Shown here: piece after piece, positions 28,156-37,802 of the stretch
Layout of the letters: every line of letters starts with the position of its first letter
How positions within the stretch are numbered: position 1 is the stretch's first letter
NCBI GenBank assembly: GCA_947084835.1
Contig: CAMTUB010000014.1
Coordinates: forward strand, 72,924-136,923
Source: an uncultured Bacteroidota bacterium
GTDB taxonomy: Bacteria; Bacteroidota; Bacteroidia; UBA7662; CAMTUB01
Direction: 5' to 3'
Length of the DNA: 64,000 nucleotides
Translations under genes and position numbers: made by a program
Notes under the pieces: model-generated
What the model saw: the letters and a program-made list of their open reading frames with translations, nothing else
Database searches by the model: none
Told to the model about the DNA's origin: nothing

Positions 28156-28935
28156 ATGGATTTTAATTATATTATAGTTAATTCAAGCTATAAACCCAAT
28201 GTAGCTTTAATTCAGTTAAATCGACCAAAAGAATTAAACGCACTTAACCTAGAGTTAATGGGCGAGTTGAGAAACGCTTTAAAAACCTTAGATGCTGATA
28301 ACGAGGTGAGAGCTATTGTTATTACTGGGAACGATCGTGCGTTTGCCGCAGGAGCAGATATTAAGCAAATGGCCGGTCGTGGTGCAATTGATATGTTGAA
28401 GATAGATCAGTTTACAACATGGGACCAAATAAAGAAAACAAAAAAGCCTGTAATTGCAGCCGTTTCTGGGTTTGCTTTAGGTGGTGGATGCGAATTAGTA
28501 ATGACCTGTGATATGATTATTGCTTCAGAAACAGCCATGTTTGGTCAACCAGAAATAAAAATAGGAGTGATGCCAGGAGCTGGTGGTACCCAGCGATTAA
28601 CTCGAGCTGTTGGAAAAGCTTTAGCTATGGAAATGGTTTTAACTGGAAAGTTTATAACAGCGAAACAAGCTTTAGATGCAGGGCTTATAAATAGAATTTT
28701 GCCATTGGAATTATACTTAGACGAAGCCGTTAAAATTGCATCTGAAATAGCTTTATTATCTCCTTTAGCAATTAAACTTGCTAAAGAATCTGTTTTAAAA
28801 GCCTTTGAAACGGGTTTGTCAGAAAGTCTTGAGTTTGAAAGGAAGAATTTTTATATGCTTTTTGCTTCATCAGATCAAAAAGAAGGAATGAACGCTTTTA
28901 TTGAAAAAAGACCGGCTGAATTTACTGGCAATTAA
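28156..28935 (+). CDS. Enoyl-CoA hydratase (crotonase family)
   Basis: 259 aa. FAAGADIK, GFALGGGCELVMTCD, GQPEIKIGVMPGAGGTQRL. Confidence 0.9.
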   Translation: MDFNYIIVNSSYKPNVALIQLNRPKELNALNLELMGELRNALKTLDADNEVRAIVITGNDRAFAAGADIKQMAGRGAIDMLKIDQFTTWDQIKKTKKPVIAAVSGFALGGGCELVMTCDMIIASETAMFGQPEIKIGVMPGAGGTQRLTRAVGKALAMEMVLTGKFITAKQALDAGLINRILPLELYLDEAVKIASEIALLSPLAIKLAKESVLKAFETGLSESLEFERKNFYMLFASSDQKEGMNAFIEKRPAEFTGN

Positions 28936-28977
28936 CAGATAAAAAGGTTTTTTAAGAATTGGATTAATTTCACACAT

Positions 28978-28985
28978 TATATTTG
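28978..28985 (+). promoter_or_regulatory. Candidate -7 box (TAnnTTTG) upstream of the carboxynorspermidine dehydrogenase gene
   Basis: TATATTTG lies 15 nt upstream of ATG 29001. Confidence 0.3.
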
Positions 28986-29000
28986 CGCAAACTTTAAATT

Positions 29001-30200
29001 ATGAGTAAAGTATTAATTATAGGAGCAGGAGGAGTTGGAGGAGTTGTTGCATACAAATGTGCTCAAGTTCCTGAAGTTTTTTCTGAAATTATGTTGGCAT
29101 CACGCACACTTTCAAAGTGCGAGAAAATAGCCGCACAAATTGGCGGAAACAGAATTAAAACAGCGCAATTAGATGCAGATAACGTTGATGAAATGGTAAT
29201 TCTTTTCAACGATTTTAAGCCTTTTATGGTTATAAATGTGGCTTTGCCGTATCAAGATTTAACAATTATGGAGGCCTGTTTGCGTACAGGGGTACATTAC
29301 CTAGATACGGCAAATTACGAGCCTCGTGATGAAGCTAAATTTGAATATAAGTGGCAATGGGCATATCACGACCGTTTCAAAGAAGCAGGTTTAATGGCTG
29401 TTTTAGGCTGTGGATTTGATCCAGGCGTAACAGGCGTTTATACTGCCTATGCATTAAAACATCAATTTGACGAGATTCATTATTTAGATATTATTGATTG
29501 CAATGCAGGAGATCATGGAAAAGCATTTGCTACCAATTTCAATCCTGAAATTAACATTAGAGAAGTTACTCAAAAAGGGAAATATTGGGAAAACGGAAAA
29601 TGGCATGAAATTGAAGCAATGTCAATTCACCGTCCAGTAAATTACCCAAATATTGGGCCTAAAGAGTCATATGTGCTTTTTCACGAAGAATTAGAATCAT
29701 TAGTAAAAAATATTCCAACCATTAAAAGAGCAAGATTTTGGATGACATTCAGCCAAAATTATCTAACACATTTGAATGTGCTTGAGAATATTGGAATGAC
29801 TGGTATTCACCCAATTAAATTCCAAGGCCAGGATATTATTCCACTTGAGTTTTTGAAAGCAGTATTGCCAGAGCCTTCTTCATTAGGAGCAAACTATTCT
29901 GGTCAGACTTCAATTGGGTGCCAAATTAGGGGAATTAAAAACGGTGTTGAGAAAACGTATTACGTTTATAACAACTGCGATCATGCAGAAACCTACAAAG
30001 AGTGTAAAGCGCAAGCAGTTTCGTATACAACTGGAGTTCCTGCAATGATCGGTGCCATGATGATGATGACCAAAGAATGGTCTGGAAAAGGAGTATTTAA
30101 TGTTGAGGAGTTGAACCCAGATTTATTTATGGAAAAATTAAACATGTATGGGTTACCGTGGCATGAAGAAATAAATAAACCATTAGAGTTTGATATTTAA
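29001..30200 (+). CDS. Carboxynorspermidine/carboxyspermidine dehydrogenase (saccharopine dehydrogenase family)
   Basis: 399 aa. VLIIGAGGVGGVVAYKCAQ Rossmann N-terminus. The length and C-terminal pattern are typical of CANSDH, and it is adjacent to nspC. Confidence 0.8.
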   Translation: MSKVLIIGAGGVGGVVAYKCAQVPEVFSEIMLASRTLSKCEKIAAQIGGNRIKTAQLDADNVDEMVILFNDFKPFMVINVALPYQDLTIMEACLRTGVHYLDTANYEPRDEAKFEYKWQWAYHDRFKEAGLMAVLGCGFDPGVTGVYTAYALKHQFDEIHYLDIIDCNAGDHGKAFATNFNPEINIREVTQKGKYWENGKWHEIEAMSIHRPVNYPNIGPKESYVLFHEELESLVKNIPTIKRARFWMTFSQNYLTHLNVLENIGMTGIHPIKFQGQDIIPLEFLKAVLPEPSSLGANYSGQTSIGCQIRGIKNGVEKTYYVYNNCDHAETYKECKAQAVSYTTGVPAMIGAMMMMTKEWSGKGVFNVEELNPDLFMEKLNMYGLPWHEEINKPLEFDI

Positions 30201-30218
30201 ATTAACTAAAAGCTTAAA

Positions 30219-30250
30219 AGCCTAACCCAAAAGGTTAGGCTATTTTTTTT
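30219..30250 (+). terminator. Intrinsic terminator between the two polyamine genes
   Basis: AGCCTAACC-CAAAA-GGTTAGGCT followed by ATTTTTTTT. Confidence 0.6.
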
Positions 30251-30252
30251 AT

Positions 30253-31416
30253 ATGAACACAATAAGTAAGAGTTTAAAAACCGATATAGATTTTTCAAAA
30301 GTACCAAGTCCTTGTTTTTTAATGGACATGCGACTACTAAGACAAAATCTTGAGATTATAAATCGAGTGCAAAATGAAGCAGATGTGAAAATCATTTTAG
30401 CTTTAAAAGGATTTTCGATGTTTAGTACATTTAATTTAATTAAAGAATACTTGCCAGGAACAACAGCAAGTTCGTTGCATGAAGCTCGACTAGGTTTTGA
30501 AGAATTTGGAGGGGAAGTACACGTTTATAGCCCTGCTTATTATGAGCATGAATGGGATGAGTTAACATTTTATTGTAATCATATAAGTTTTAATTCAATA
30601 AGTCAATACAATAAGTTTTACAATCAAAAATCGAATTCAAAAGTTTCATATGGATTGCGGATTAATCCCGAATATTCTGAAGTAGAAGTAGATATGTATA
30701 ATCCATGTATTCCGGGAAGCAGATTAGGTATATTTAAAGAACATTTAGGAGTCACTTTGCCAGAAGGAATTGAAGGGTTACACTTTCATAATTTATGCGA
30801 AAGCAGTTCATATGCTCTAGAAAATACGCTTAAATCGGTTGAAGAAAAATTTGGGAAATACCTGCCACATATCAAATGGATTAATATGGGTGGGGGGCAT
30901 TTGATGACAAGACATGATTATAATGTTGAACATTTAATTGAAACGCTTAAAAAGTTTAAAGCAAAATACCCTCATTTACAAGTTTACTTAGAGCCAGGTT
31001 CTGCCATTGCATGGCAAACAGGATATCTGGTATCTAAAGTTCAAGATGTTGTTGAAAGTAGGGGTGTAGAAGTTGCAATTTTAGATATTTCAATAGCTGC
31101 GCATATGCCTGATTGCTTAGAAATGCCATATAAGCCAGCTATTTTAAACGCAAGCCAACCTATTGCCGGAAAACCAACGTATAGGTTTGGTGGAGGTACT
31201 TGCTTGGCTGGTGATTTTATTGGAGATTATAGTTTTGATGAAAAACTAGATGTAGGAAATATCGTAGTTTTTGATGATATGATGCATTATACTATGGTAA
31301 AAACTACAACTTTTAATGGGGTAAATTTGCCAAATATTGGGCTTTGGAATGAAGATGGAAGTTATCAACATATTAAATCATTTGGGTATAATTCCTTTCT
31401 TGATAAATTATCTTAA
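30253..31416 (+). CDS. nspC: Carboxynorspermidine/carboxyspermidine decarboxylase
   Basis: 387 aa. Orn/DAP/Arg decarboxylase fold (ILALKGFSM, GLHFHNLCE, MGGGH, EPGSAI, CLAGD). Confidence 0.85.
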   Translation: MNTISKSLKTDIDFSKVPSPCFLMDMRLLRQNLEIINRVQNEADVKIILALKGFSMFSTFNLIKEYLPGTTASSLHEARLGFEEFGGEVHVYSPAYYEHEWDELTFYCNHISFNSISQYNKFYNQKSNSKVSYGLRINPEYSEVEVDMYNPCIPGSRLGIFKEHLGVTLPEGIEGLHFHNLCESSSYALENTLKSVEEKFGKYLPHIKWINMGGGHLMTRHDYNVEHLIETLKKFKAKYPHLQVYLEPGSAIAWQTGYLVSKVQDVVESRGVEVAILDISIAAHMPDCLEMPYKPAILNASQPIAGKPTYRFGGGTCLAGDFIGDYSFDEKLDVGNIVVFDDMMHYTMVKTTTFNGVNLPNIGLWNEDGSYQHIKSFGYNSFLDKLS

Positions 31417-31496
31417 GGAATCTTTAATGTGTTAAATGGTTGGATTACAAGTATATTAGCCAAAGGAAAAGAGGCAGATTTATTGTAAAAAGTGAT

Positions 31497-34400
31497 ATGA
31501 GACATGTTTTAAAGCTATTTTTAGCTTTTATATTAGTATTTGGCGCCTTTGATTCGTATGCTGACCATTTTTTAGGTGGTGAGGTGAGTTATGAATTTGT
31601 AAGAAGCAAAGCAAATGGAGTAAAGAGATATCGTATAAGTTTCAAAATTTATAAAGATTGTTCTCCTTCCGCTGCTGCTTTTGATTCATTTTTTGTTGCA
31701 GGAATTTATAATAACGATGCAACTAGAACAATAAATTCTACTCTTTTATTTAAACTCGGATCTATAGTAAATGTTGACCCTCTACAGGGTGGAACTACAT
31801 GTGCTTTTACTCCAAATATTTGTATTCAACAGGCACTTTATGTTGAAGAAATTGACCTTCCTTCTTCTTTAAATGGGTATCATATATTTTATCAGCGTTG
31901 TTGTAGAAATAGCTCCATTAAGAATTTATTAGTTCCTAATAATCAAGGATTTACATATTATGCTTTTATTCCACCAACAAGAATAATAAATTCAACTCCA
32001 ACATTTCTTTTATCCCCATTGCCATTCATTTGTGCAAATGATACAACCATGGTATTAAACTCGGTTTATGATAAGGATGGAGATTCGATTGTTTATAACA
32101 TGGTTACACCATTTGCTGGAGGTTCAAAAACTAATCCTCAACCACCCGCTGGTTTGATAAATATGCCATTTCCTTTTCCTTTTGTTAACTATGCATCTGG
32201 ATTTTCCTCAGTTAATCCCTTTGGGGCAGGAGGGTATGCAGCAATTGATGAAACAGGGCTAACAAAATACTATGCTCCATTAATTGGAAATTACGCTTTA
32301 GCTATTGAAATTAAAGAATATAGGAATGGAGAATTGATATCTATATCCTATCGAGATTTACAGATGCTTGTTTTTGGATGTACCCCAAATCCAACTCCAA
32401 AATTAGCAGCTACTACAACAATTATAACTGTGACTGAAGGAGATTCTTTGAATTTGCCTATAACATTTACAGATCCAACCGATTCAATTTTCATTACAGG
32501 TTACGGCCCTATGATAAATCAGTTGGGACAAATTCCAGTTCCTCGTCCTGTTTTTACACCAGCTGCTGGTTTTAGATCAGCAACAGCAAACATGACTTGG
32601 AAAATTGATTGCAAACATAGAAGACCAGATCCATATTGGTTTACTATCAGGGCTAGAGATAATGGGTGCCCAAACAAAAATATTTATTATAACTATTTCA
32701 TTTATGTAAAAAGGTCAACAACAGGAACTGACATACTTGGAAAAAAATCACTATGTTTAAATGATTCTGCAACTTATACTATTGCAAACTCAAGTCCAAA
32801 TTCTACCTATTTATGGTCAATAGTAGGTGGAGGACCTGTTCCATATTCAAATGTTTTTGGATCTCCAACTTATAGGGTAAAATGGAGTATTGCAGATACA
32901 GCAAAAATTCAAGTTATAGAAATATCGAACAAAGGGTGTAGAGATACCTTACGAACATCAATTGTAGTTGGTAAGCCTGGAATAGCAGATGCAGGACCCG
33001 TTCTTATAACTATTTGTTCAAACGACACAGTTACAATTGGAACTGTAAATGATTCAACCATGAATTATACTTGGTCGCCAACAAGTGGTTTAATTAATGC
33101 CAATGTGGGAATACCTCAACTTATACTTCCCAATTTTGGAACAACTATTTTAAATTACAAATACAATTTAGTTGCTACACAAAAACTTTCTGGTTGTTCA
33201 GCAATGGATACAATCAGTATAAGGGTTGCACCTAAACCACCTGTTAATGCAGGTTTAGACAAAATAATATGTTCTGATGATAGTGTTGTTATAGGCCAAA
33301 CTCCACGTCCAAATTTAATATACCAATGGTATCCATCAAATAATTTAAGTAGCGATACAATTTCAAATCCTGTTTATTTTAAAATAAATACATCAGGTGC
33401 TTTGCAGACTTATAGCTATGTTTTAAGAGCAATTAACCCAAGCACATTGTGTTATTTGAATGATACAGTTTTAATAAACATAAAGCCTAGACCTAAAATT
33501 GATGCAGGACCGGATAAGACAATTTGTTGGAACGATACCCTTAATATTGGAATTCTAGGAGAATCAAATCAAACTTATTTATGGAGCCCAAAATATGGGC
33601 TAATTGATTCTACAACCTTTGCATTAAATAGGTTTTATATTAAAAATCAATCAGACACTTTAAATAAGTATCAGTATTTTCTTAAGGTGATTTTAGATGG
33701 ATGTGTGTTTAGAGATACTTTAAATATTGGTGTTCGCGGCAAACCCGCAAATTCAATTATTAATGGAAATGTAAATCCTTGCTTAAATACCCAAAACTTA
33801 ACGTATTCTATTGGAAACTTTAATCCAACAAGTGCCTATTTATGGTCTGTTAAAAACGGAAATTTAATTGGATTAAATAATGGAAACTCAATCAAAGTAA
33901 ATTGGAATACCCAATCTCTGGGTTATGTAAAACTCAACCAGAAGGATGTTTATGGTTGCTCTCCGCTTGGCGACAGCTTGAAAATTAGTATAAGTAACCC
34001 TAAAATTGATTCAATTATTGGACCTTTTTCTGTTTGTCCAAATGTTTCAATGGTGAGGTATAGAGTAAATCAGTCTGGAGGACAAGATTTTTATTGGACG
34101 ATTGAAGGAGGAAGTATTGTATCTGGTAACGGTGGGAGCAGTATTTTGGTTAATTGGTTTGGGAGCAATAGCAATGCTTCTTTGAAAGTATATTCAAAGA
34201 GCCAATATGATTGTTTTAGTGATACTGTTACCGCTGGAATTGTAATTAGCACTTTGTTAAATACACCTGCCCCAATTGGCTTAAAAACAGTTTGTCAATG
34301 GACTTCAAATGTAGTTTACAGTACTTCACAAACACCAGGGTCAACATATATTTGGACTATTTTAGGTGGACAAATTTTATCTGGAAACGGAACTTCAAGT

Positions 34401-37112
34401 GTAAGTGTTGTATGGGATACTGTTGGAACTGGAACTATTACAGTTCAAGAGTTTAGTGGATTAGGATGTGGAAGTTTACCAACATCTACCTATGTAAATG
34501 TTTTGCCTAAGCCAACCGCAAATTTTATTGTTGGTCCTCAAGTGTTTTGTTTTGTTACTGATTCGTCTAGTTACAATATTCAAGGTTTTGGAGGCTCAAA
34601 ATATAAATGGGTTGTATCAAATGGGGTATCCTTTGTTACTGTTTCTGATAGTGCTATTAGACTTTTATGGCCTAGTGCAGGAAATTATATAATAAAAGGT
34701 GTTGAAACATCTGCCTCGGGATGTGTTGGTGATACCATTCCCTTAATTATTAATGTCTTGCCATTACCTTCAGTAAATGCAGGAATCGATAAAACAATTT
34801 GTTCTAGAGATTCAGTATTAATTGGGTCTCCAAGCGTTTTATTTAGGCAATATAGTTGGGATCCTAGTTTTGGATTATCAGCAACAAATACATCCTTTAC
34901 AAAGTTTTCTAAAATTAATTATGGTATTAAGGTTGATACAATATCTATTATTTTAACAGTAAAAGATGTAACAAATACTTGCTTAAATAAAGATACTGCC
35001 GTAGTTTTTGTAAAGCCACAGCCAATTGTAAACGCAGGATTAGATTCCACTTTTTGTAGTTCAGATACTATAAGAATCGGTGAACAAGCACAAAATCAAG
35101 TAAAATATTCATGGATGCCTTTGCTAGGATTATCAGATACAAGCATTTCAAATCCTACATTCAACTTAAGAAATTATACTGATACGGTTTATACTCAAAA
35201 CTATATTGTTAAAGCAACCTCGATAATTTTTGGTTGTTTTTCTTTCGATACTTTGAATTTAAATGCAAAGCCATTACCTGTTTTTTCTGTAGGCTTACCA
35301 AAAAATATTTGTGCCCCAGATACTGTTCAGATCGGAACCTTAGGACAAACAAAATATGCTTATCAATGGAGTCCTTCAACCAATTTAAGTGATCAAAATT
35401 TATCGAATCCGTTTTTTAATATCCCCAATTTATTGCAAGTTGCAGCAAGTTATAAATACAATTTAACGGTTACTTATCCGTTGTATAATTGCAGTTTATC
35501 CGATACAGTTTCTGTTTTAGTGAGACCGCGTCCTATTTTTCAAAATGCTGCGGACGTAGTGTTTTGTTCAGGTGATACCGTTAAAATTGGCCAAAATAAT
35601 AAACCTGAATTTAGTTATCAATGGATTTTGGGTGCTAACTTATCATCAAATGTTATCTCCAACCCAAACCTGAGTTTAGTAAATCCTACAAATCAACATA
35701 TTATTTATCCTTATATTCTAAAGGTTAAATTTGATCAGTATAACTGTGTTGATTTCGATACTTTAAATGTAAGGGTAAACCCATTACCTAAAGCAAGCCC
35801 TATTTTAGGGTTAGATTCTGTTTGTGAGCTTTCTGGACCTCATAATTATTTTGCTAAAAGCACCTTGAAGTCTAGTTATTTATGGACTTCAATAGGGGGG
35901 AGTATGGTTTCTGGGCAAAGTACATCTAGTTTAGTCATGAATTGGAATGGATTTGGTGTAGGTAAACTTACCTATGTTGAAACCGACAGCAATACTTGTG
36001 TTGGTCCAAAAGTTGATAAGTCAATTTCTATTTTTAGGCTTCCTAGTAAACCATTACCAATTAAAGGTTTGAGAGCAATTTGTCAAGGTGATTTCGATAA
36101 TAAAACGTATGAAATCCAAGCTTTGCCTAATTTAAAATATACTTGGGTTGTTACAAATGGCGATATAATTTCAGGGCAAAATACGTCTAAAATTGTGGTT
36201 AATTGGCTGAGTCTACCTGGAACAGTAAAGGTAAATGCTTATAATATAATTAATTGTGAAAGTGAGCCTAGAGAAATTGATGCTAGAATAGACGATCCTA
36301 AAATTAAATTAAACTGTGTTACTATTGATACGCTTAAAAGCAAGAATATAATTTTCAAATGGACGCTTATAGATACTGTTGAATTTAATGGACATAGTTT
36401 GATTTACGTGAAAAAAGCGAATGAAACAGTTTGGAAACTAAATAATTCTGTAGATTCAAAGGCAGGAAAAGGAGAAATTGGAAACCTTGAAGTTGATAAA
36501 TATGCATATGATATCAAAATGCTTATACGTAATACTTGTTTCGATTCTATTTGGTCTGATGTGCATCGTACAGTTTTGTTAATACAACCGAATACTTTCG
36601 AAGATAATATTTATCTAAATTGGACAAAATATGAAGGTTGGAATGGAAATGCAACCTATTCAATTATAAAAGAGACTTTTCCTCATAAACAAGAAACTGT
36701 TATTGATTTAGCTGTAAACAGTTTAGCTTATGTTGACGAAATAAAAGAAACTGATTTAGGCTCATATTACAGAATAAAGGCAAGCGACCTTTCAAGCCCA
36801 GAAATTTCGCTTTCGAACAAAGTGCTAATGAAAATTCCGGCAACACTTTATTTCCCGACAGCATTTACACCAAATAACAATGGAATAAATGACGTTTTTA
36901 AACCAATAGGAACTCATATTGCATCTTTCAATATGAAAATTTGGGATAAATGGGGCGAGCAAATTTTTGAAACTAACGACATTAACGTGGGTTGGAATGG
37001 TTACAAAAAGAACATTCTTGTTAATCAAGGAATTTATATGGTTAAAGCCTCTTATGTTGATGCTTTTGGTCAGGTAAAAGAATATTTGGGCAAAGTACTT
37101 GTCTTAAATTAA
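31497..37112 (+). CDS. Giant modular cell-surface protein with a T9SS type B (gliding motility-associated, CHU_C-like) C-terminal sorting domain
   Basis: The track ORF starts at 31440; ATG 31497 gives the signal peptide MRHVLKLFLAFILVFGAFDSYA. Cys-rich head, then 14 x ~85-aa Cys-bracketed modules (about 32720..36300), then the CTD YFPTAFTPNNNGINDVFKP...GWNGYKKN...GIYMVKASY. Confidence 0.85.
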   Translation: MRHVLKLFLAFILVFGAFDSYADHFLGGEVSYEFVRSKANGVKRYRISFKIYKDCSPSAAAFDSFFVAGIYNNDATRTINSTLLFKLGSIVNVDPLQGGTTCAFTPNICIQQALYVEEIDLPSSLNGYHIFYQRCCRNSSIKNLLVPNNQGFTYYAFIPPTRIINSTPTFLLSPLPFICANDTTMVLNSVYDKDGDSIVYNMVTPFAGGSKTNPQPPAGLINMPFPFPFVNYASGFSSVNPFGAGGYAAIDETGLTKYYAPLIGNYALAIEIKEYRNGELISISYRDLQMLVFGCTPNPTPKLAATTTIITVTEGDSLNLPITFTDPTDSIFITGYGPMINQLGQIPVPRPVFTPAAGFRSATANMTWKIDCKHRRPDPYWFTIRARDNGCPNKNIYYNYFIYVKRSTTGTDILGKKSLCLNDSATYTIANSSPNSTYLWSIVGGGPVPYSNVFGSPTYRVKWSIADTAKIQVIEISNKGCRDTLRTSIVVGKPGIADAGPVLITICSNDTVTIGTVNDSTMNYTWSPTSGLINANVGIPQLILPNFGTTILNYKYNLVATQKLSGCSAMDTISIRVAPKPPVNAGLDKIICSDDSVVIGQTPRPNLIYQWYPSNNLSSDTISNPVYFKINTSGALQTYSYVLRAINPSTLCYLNDTVLINIKPRPKIDAGPDKTICWNDTLNIGILGESNQTYLWSPKYGLIDSTTFALNRFYIKNQSDTLNKYQYFLKVILDGCVFRDTLNIGVRGKPANSIINGNVNPCLNTQNLTYSIGNFNPTSAYLWSVKNGNLIGLNNGNSIKVNWNTQSLGYVKLNQKDVYGCSPLGDSLKISISNPKIDSIIGPFSVCPNVSMVRYRVNQSGGQDFYWTIEGGSIVSGNGGSSILVNWFGSNSNASLKVYSKSQYDCFSDTVTAGIVISTLLNTPAPIGLKTVCQWTSNVVYSTSQTPGSTYIWTILGGQILSGNGTSSVSVVWDTVGTGTITVQEFSGLGCGSLPTSTYVNVLPKPTANFIVGPQVFCFVTDSSSYNIQGFGGSKYKWVVSNGVSFVTVSDSAIRLLWPSAGNYIIKGVETSASGCVGDTIPLIINVLPLPSVNAGIDKTICSRDSVLIGSPSVLFRQYSWDPSFGLSATNTSFTKFSKINYGIKVDTISIILTVKDVTNTCLNKDTAVVFVKPQPIVNAGLDSTFCSSDTIRIGEQAQNQVKYSWMPLLGLSDTSISNPTFNLRNYTDTVYTQNYIVKATSIIFGCFSFDTLNLNAKPLPVFSVGLPKNICAPDTVQIGTLGQTKYAYQWSPSTNLSDQNLSNPFFNIPNLLQVAASYKYNLTVTYPLYNCSLSDTVSVLVRPRPIFQNAADVVFCSGDTVKIGQNNKPEFSYQWILGANLSSNVISNPNLSLVNPTNQHIIYPYILKVKFDQYNCVDFDTLNVRVNPLPKASPILGLDSVCELSGPHNYFAKSTLKSSYLWTSIGGSMVSGQSTSSLVMNWNGFGVGKLTYVETDSNTCVGPKVDKSISIFRLPSKPLPIKGLRAICQGDFDNKTYEIQALPNLKYTWVVTNGDIISGQNTSKIVVNWLSLPGTVKVNAYNIINCESEPREIDARIDDPKIKLNCVTIDTLKSKNIIFKWTLIDTVEFNGHSLIYVKKANETVWKLNNSVDSKAGKGEIGNLEVDKYAYDIKMLIRNTCFDSIWSDVHRTVLLIQPNTFEDNIYLNWTKYEGWNGNATYSIIKETFPHKQETVIDLAVNSLAYVDEIKETDLGSYYRIKASDLSSPEISLSNKVLMKIPATLYFPTAFTPNNNGINDVFKPIGTHIASFNMKIWDKWGEQIFETNDINVGWNGYKKNILVNQGIYMVKASYVDAFGQVKEYLGKVLVLN
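36846..37109 (+). other. T9SS type B sorting domain-coding segment of the 31497..37112 gene
   Basis: LYFPTAFTPNNNGINDVFKPIG...KIWDKWGEQIFE...GWNGYKKN...GIYMVKASYVD, as expected for the gliding-motility C-terminal domain family. Confidence 0.8.
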
Positions 37113-37798
37113 TAGAGATAAAATTCCTTTGTCAGTTCTTTATATTTTTCTGAATATTTATTGTTTATCATGATAGTTAATGAATCTTGATATACAGTTT
37201 CAGAAGAAAATCCAAAAGTTAAGATTGATCTTTTAGGTAAATTGGGTTTAGAATAAACAGTTAACGCTGAGTACAATTTTAAGCCAAACTTGTAACCAGA
37301 CTCTATCCAACTGTTACTTAAATTATATGGTATAATTATAGTAATTAATCCATCTTCATTTAAAAGCGAAATGCATTTTTTGAAGAAAAGATATGAAGTA
37401 AAAGATTCGCCTCCACGAGCTATGCTACGTTTACTGTTTGAGATTGAAAATGTGTTTTCAAAGTAGGGTGGATTTGATATGATCAGGTCATACTTATAGT
37501 CAATAACAGTATAACTAAAAAAATTATCGTGAAGGACAGTAATTCGGTTATTATATGGCGAATTTTTGATGTTCTCAATTGCTTGAAATGTTGCTTCATG
37601 ATCAATTTCGATAGCGGTTACTTTGGCTGTCAAATTTCTTTGACAAATCATTAAAGCAAGAATCCCAGTTCCTGTTCCAACATCTAGTACCTGTTTAGCT
37701 TTAGCTACATCGCAATAAGCCCCTAAAAGAACGCTATCAGTGCCCACTTTCATGGCACACTTGTCTTGTAGTATAGTGAATTGTTTAAATTTAAACAT
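37109..37798 (-). CDS. tRNA (adenine37-N6)-methyltransferase (TrmN6/YfiC-like)
   Basis: FKFKQFTILQDKCAMKVGTDSVLLGA, VLDVGTGTGILAL, ISNPPYF (the NPPY motif). Confidence 0.75.
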   Translation of the reverse strand: MFKFKQFTILQDKCAMKVGTDSVLLGAYCDVAKAKQVLDVGTGTGILALMICQRNLTAKVTAIEIDHEATFQAIENIKNSPYNNRITVLHDNFFSYTVIDYKYDLIISNPPYFENTFSISNSKRSIARGGESFTSYLFFKKCISLLNEDGLITIIIPYNLSNSWIESGYKFGLKLYSALTVYSKPNLPKRSILTFGFSSETVYQDSLTIMINNKYSEKYKELTKEFYLY

Positions 37799-37802
37799 GA
37801 AT

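Noticed and set aside
5236-28935. A possible leucine-catabolism cluster (carboxyltransferase beta subunit, HMG-CoA lyase, enoyl-CoA hydratase)
   Set aside because: The three genes are dispersed over 23 kb with many unrelated genes between them. No biotin-carboxylase alpha subunit or isovaleryl-CoA dehydrogenase is present, so this is not a cluster.
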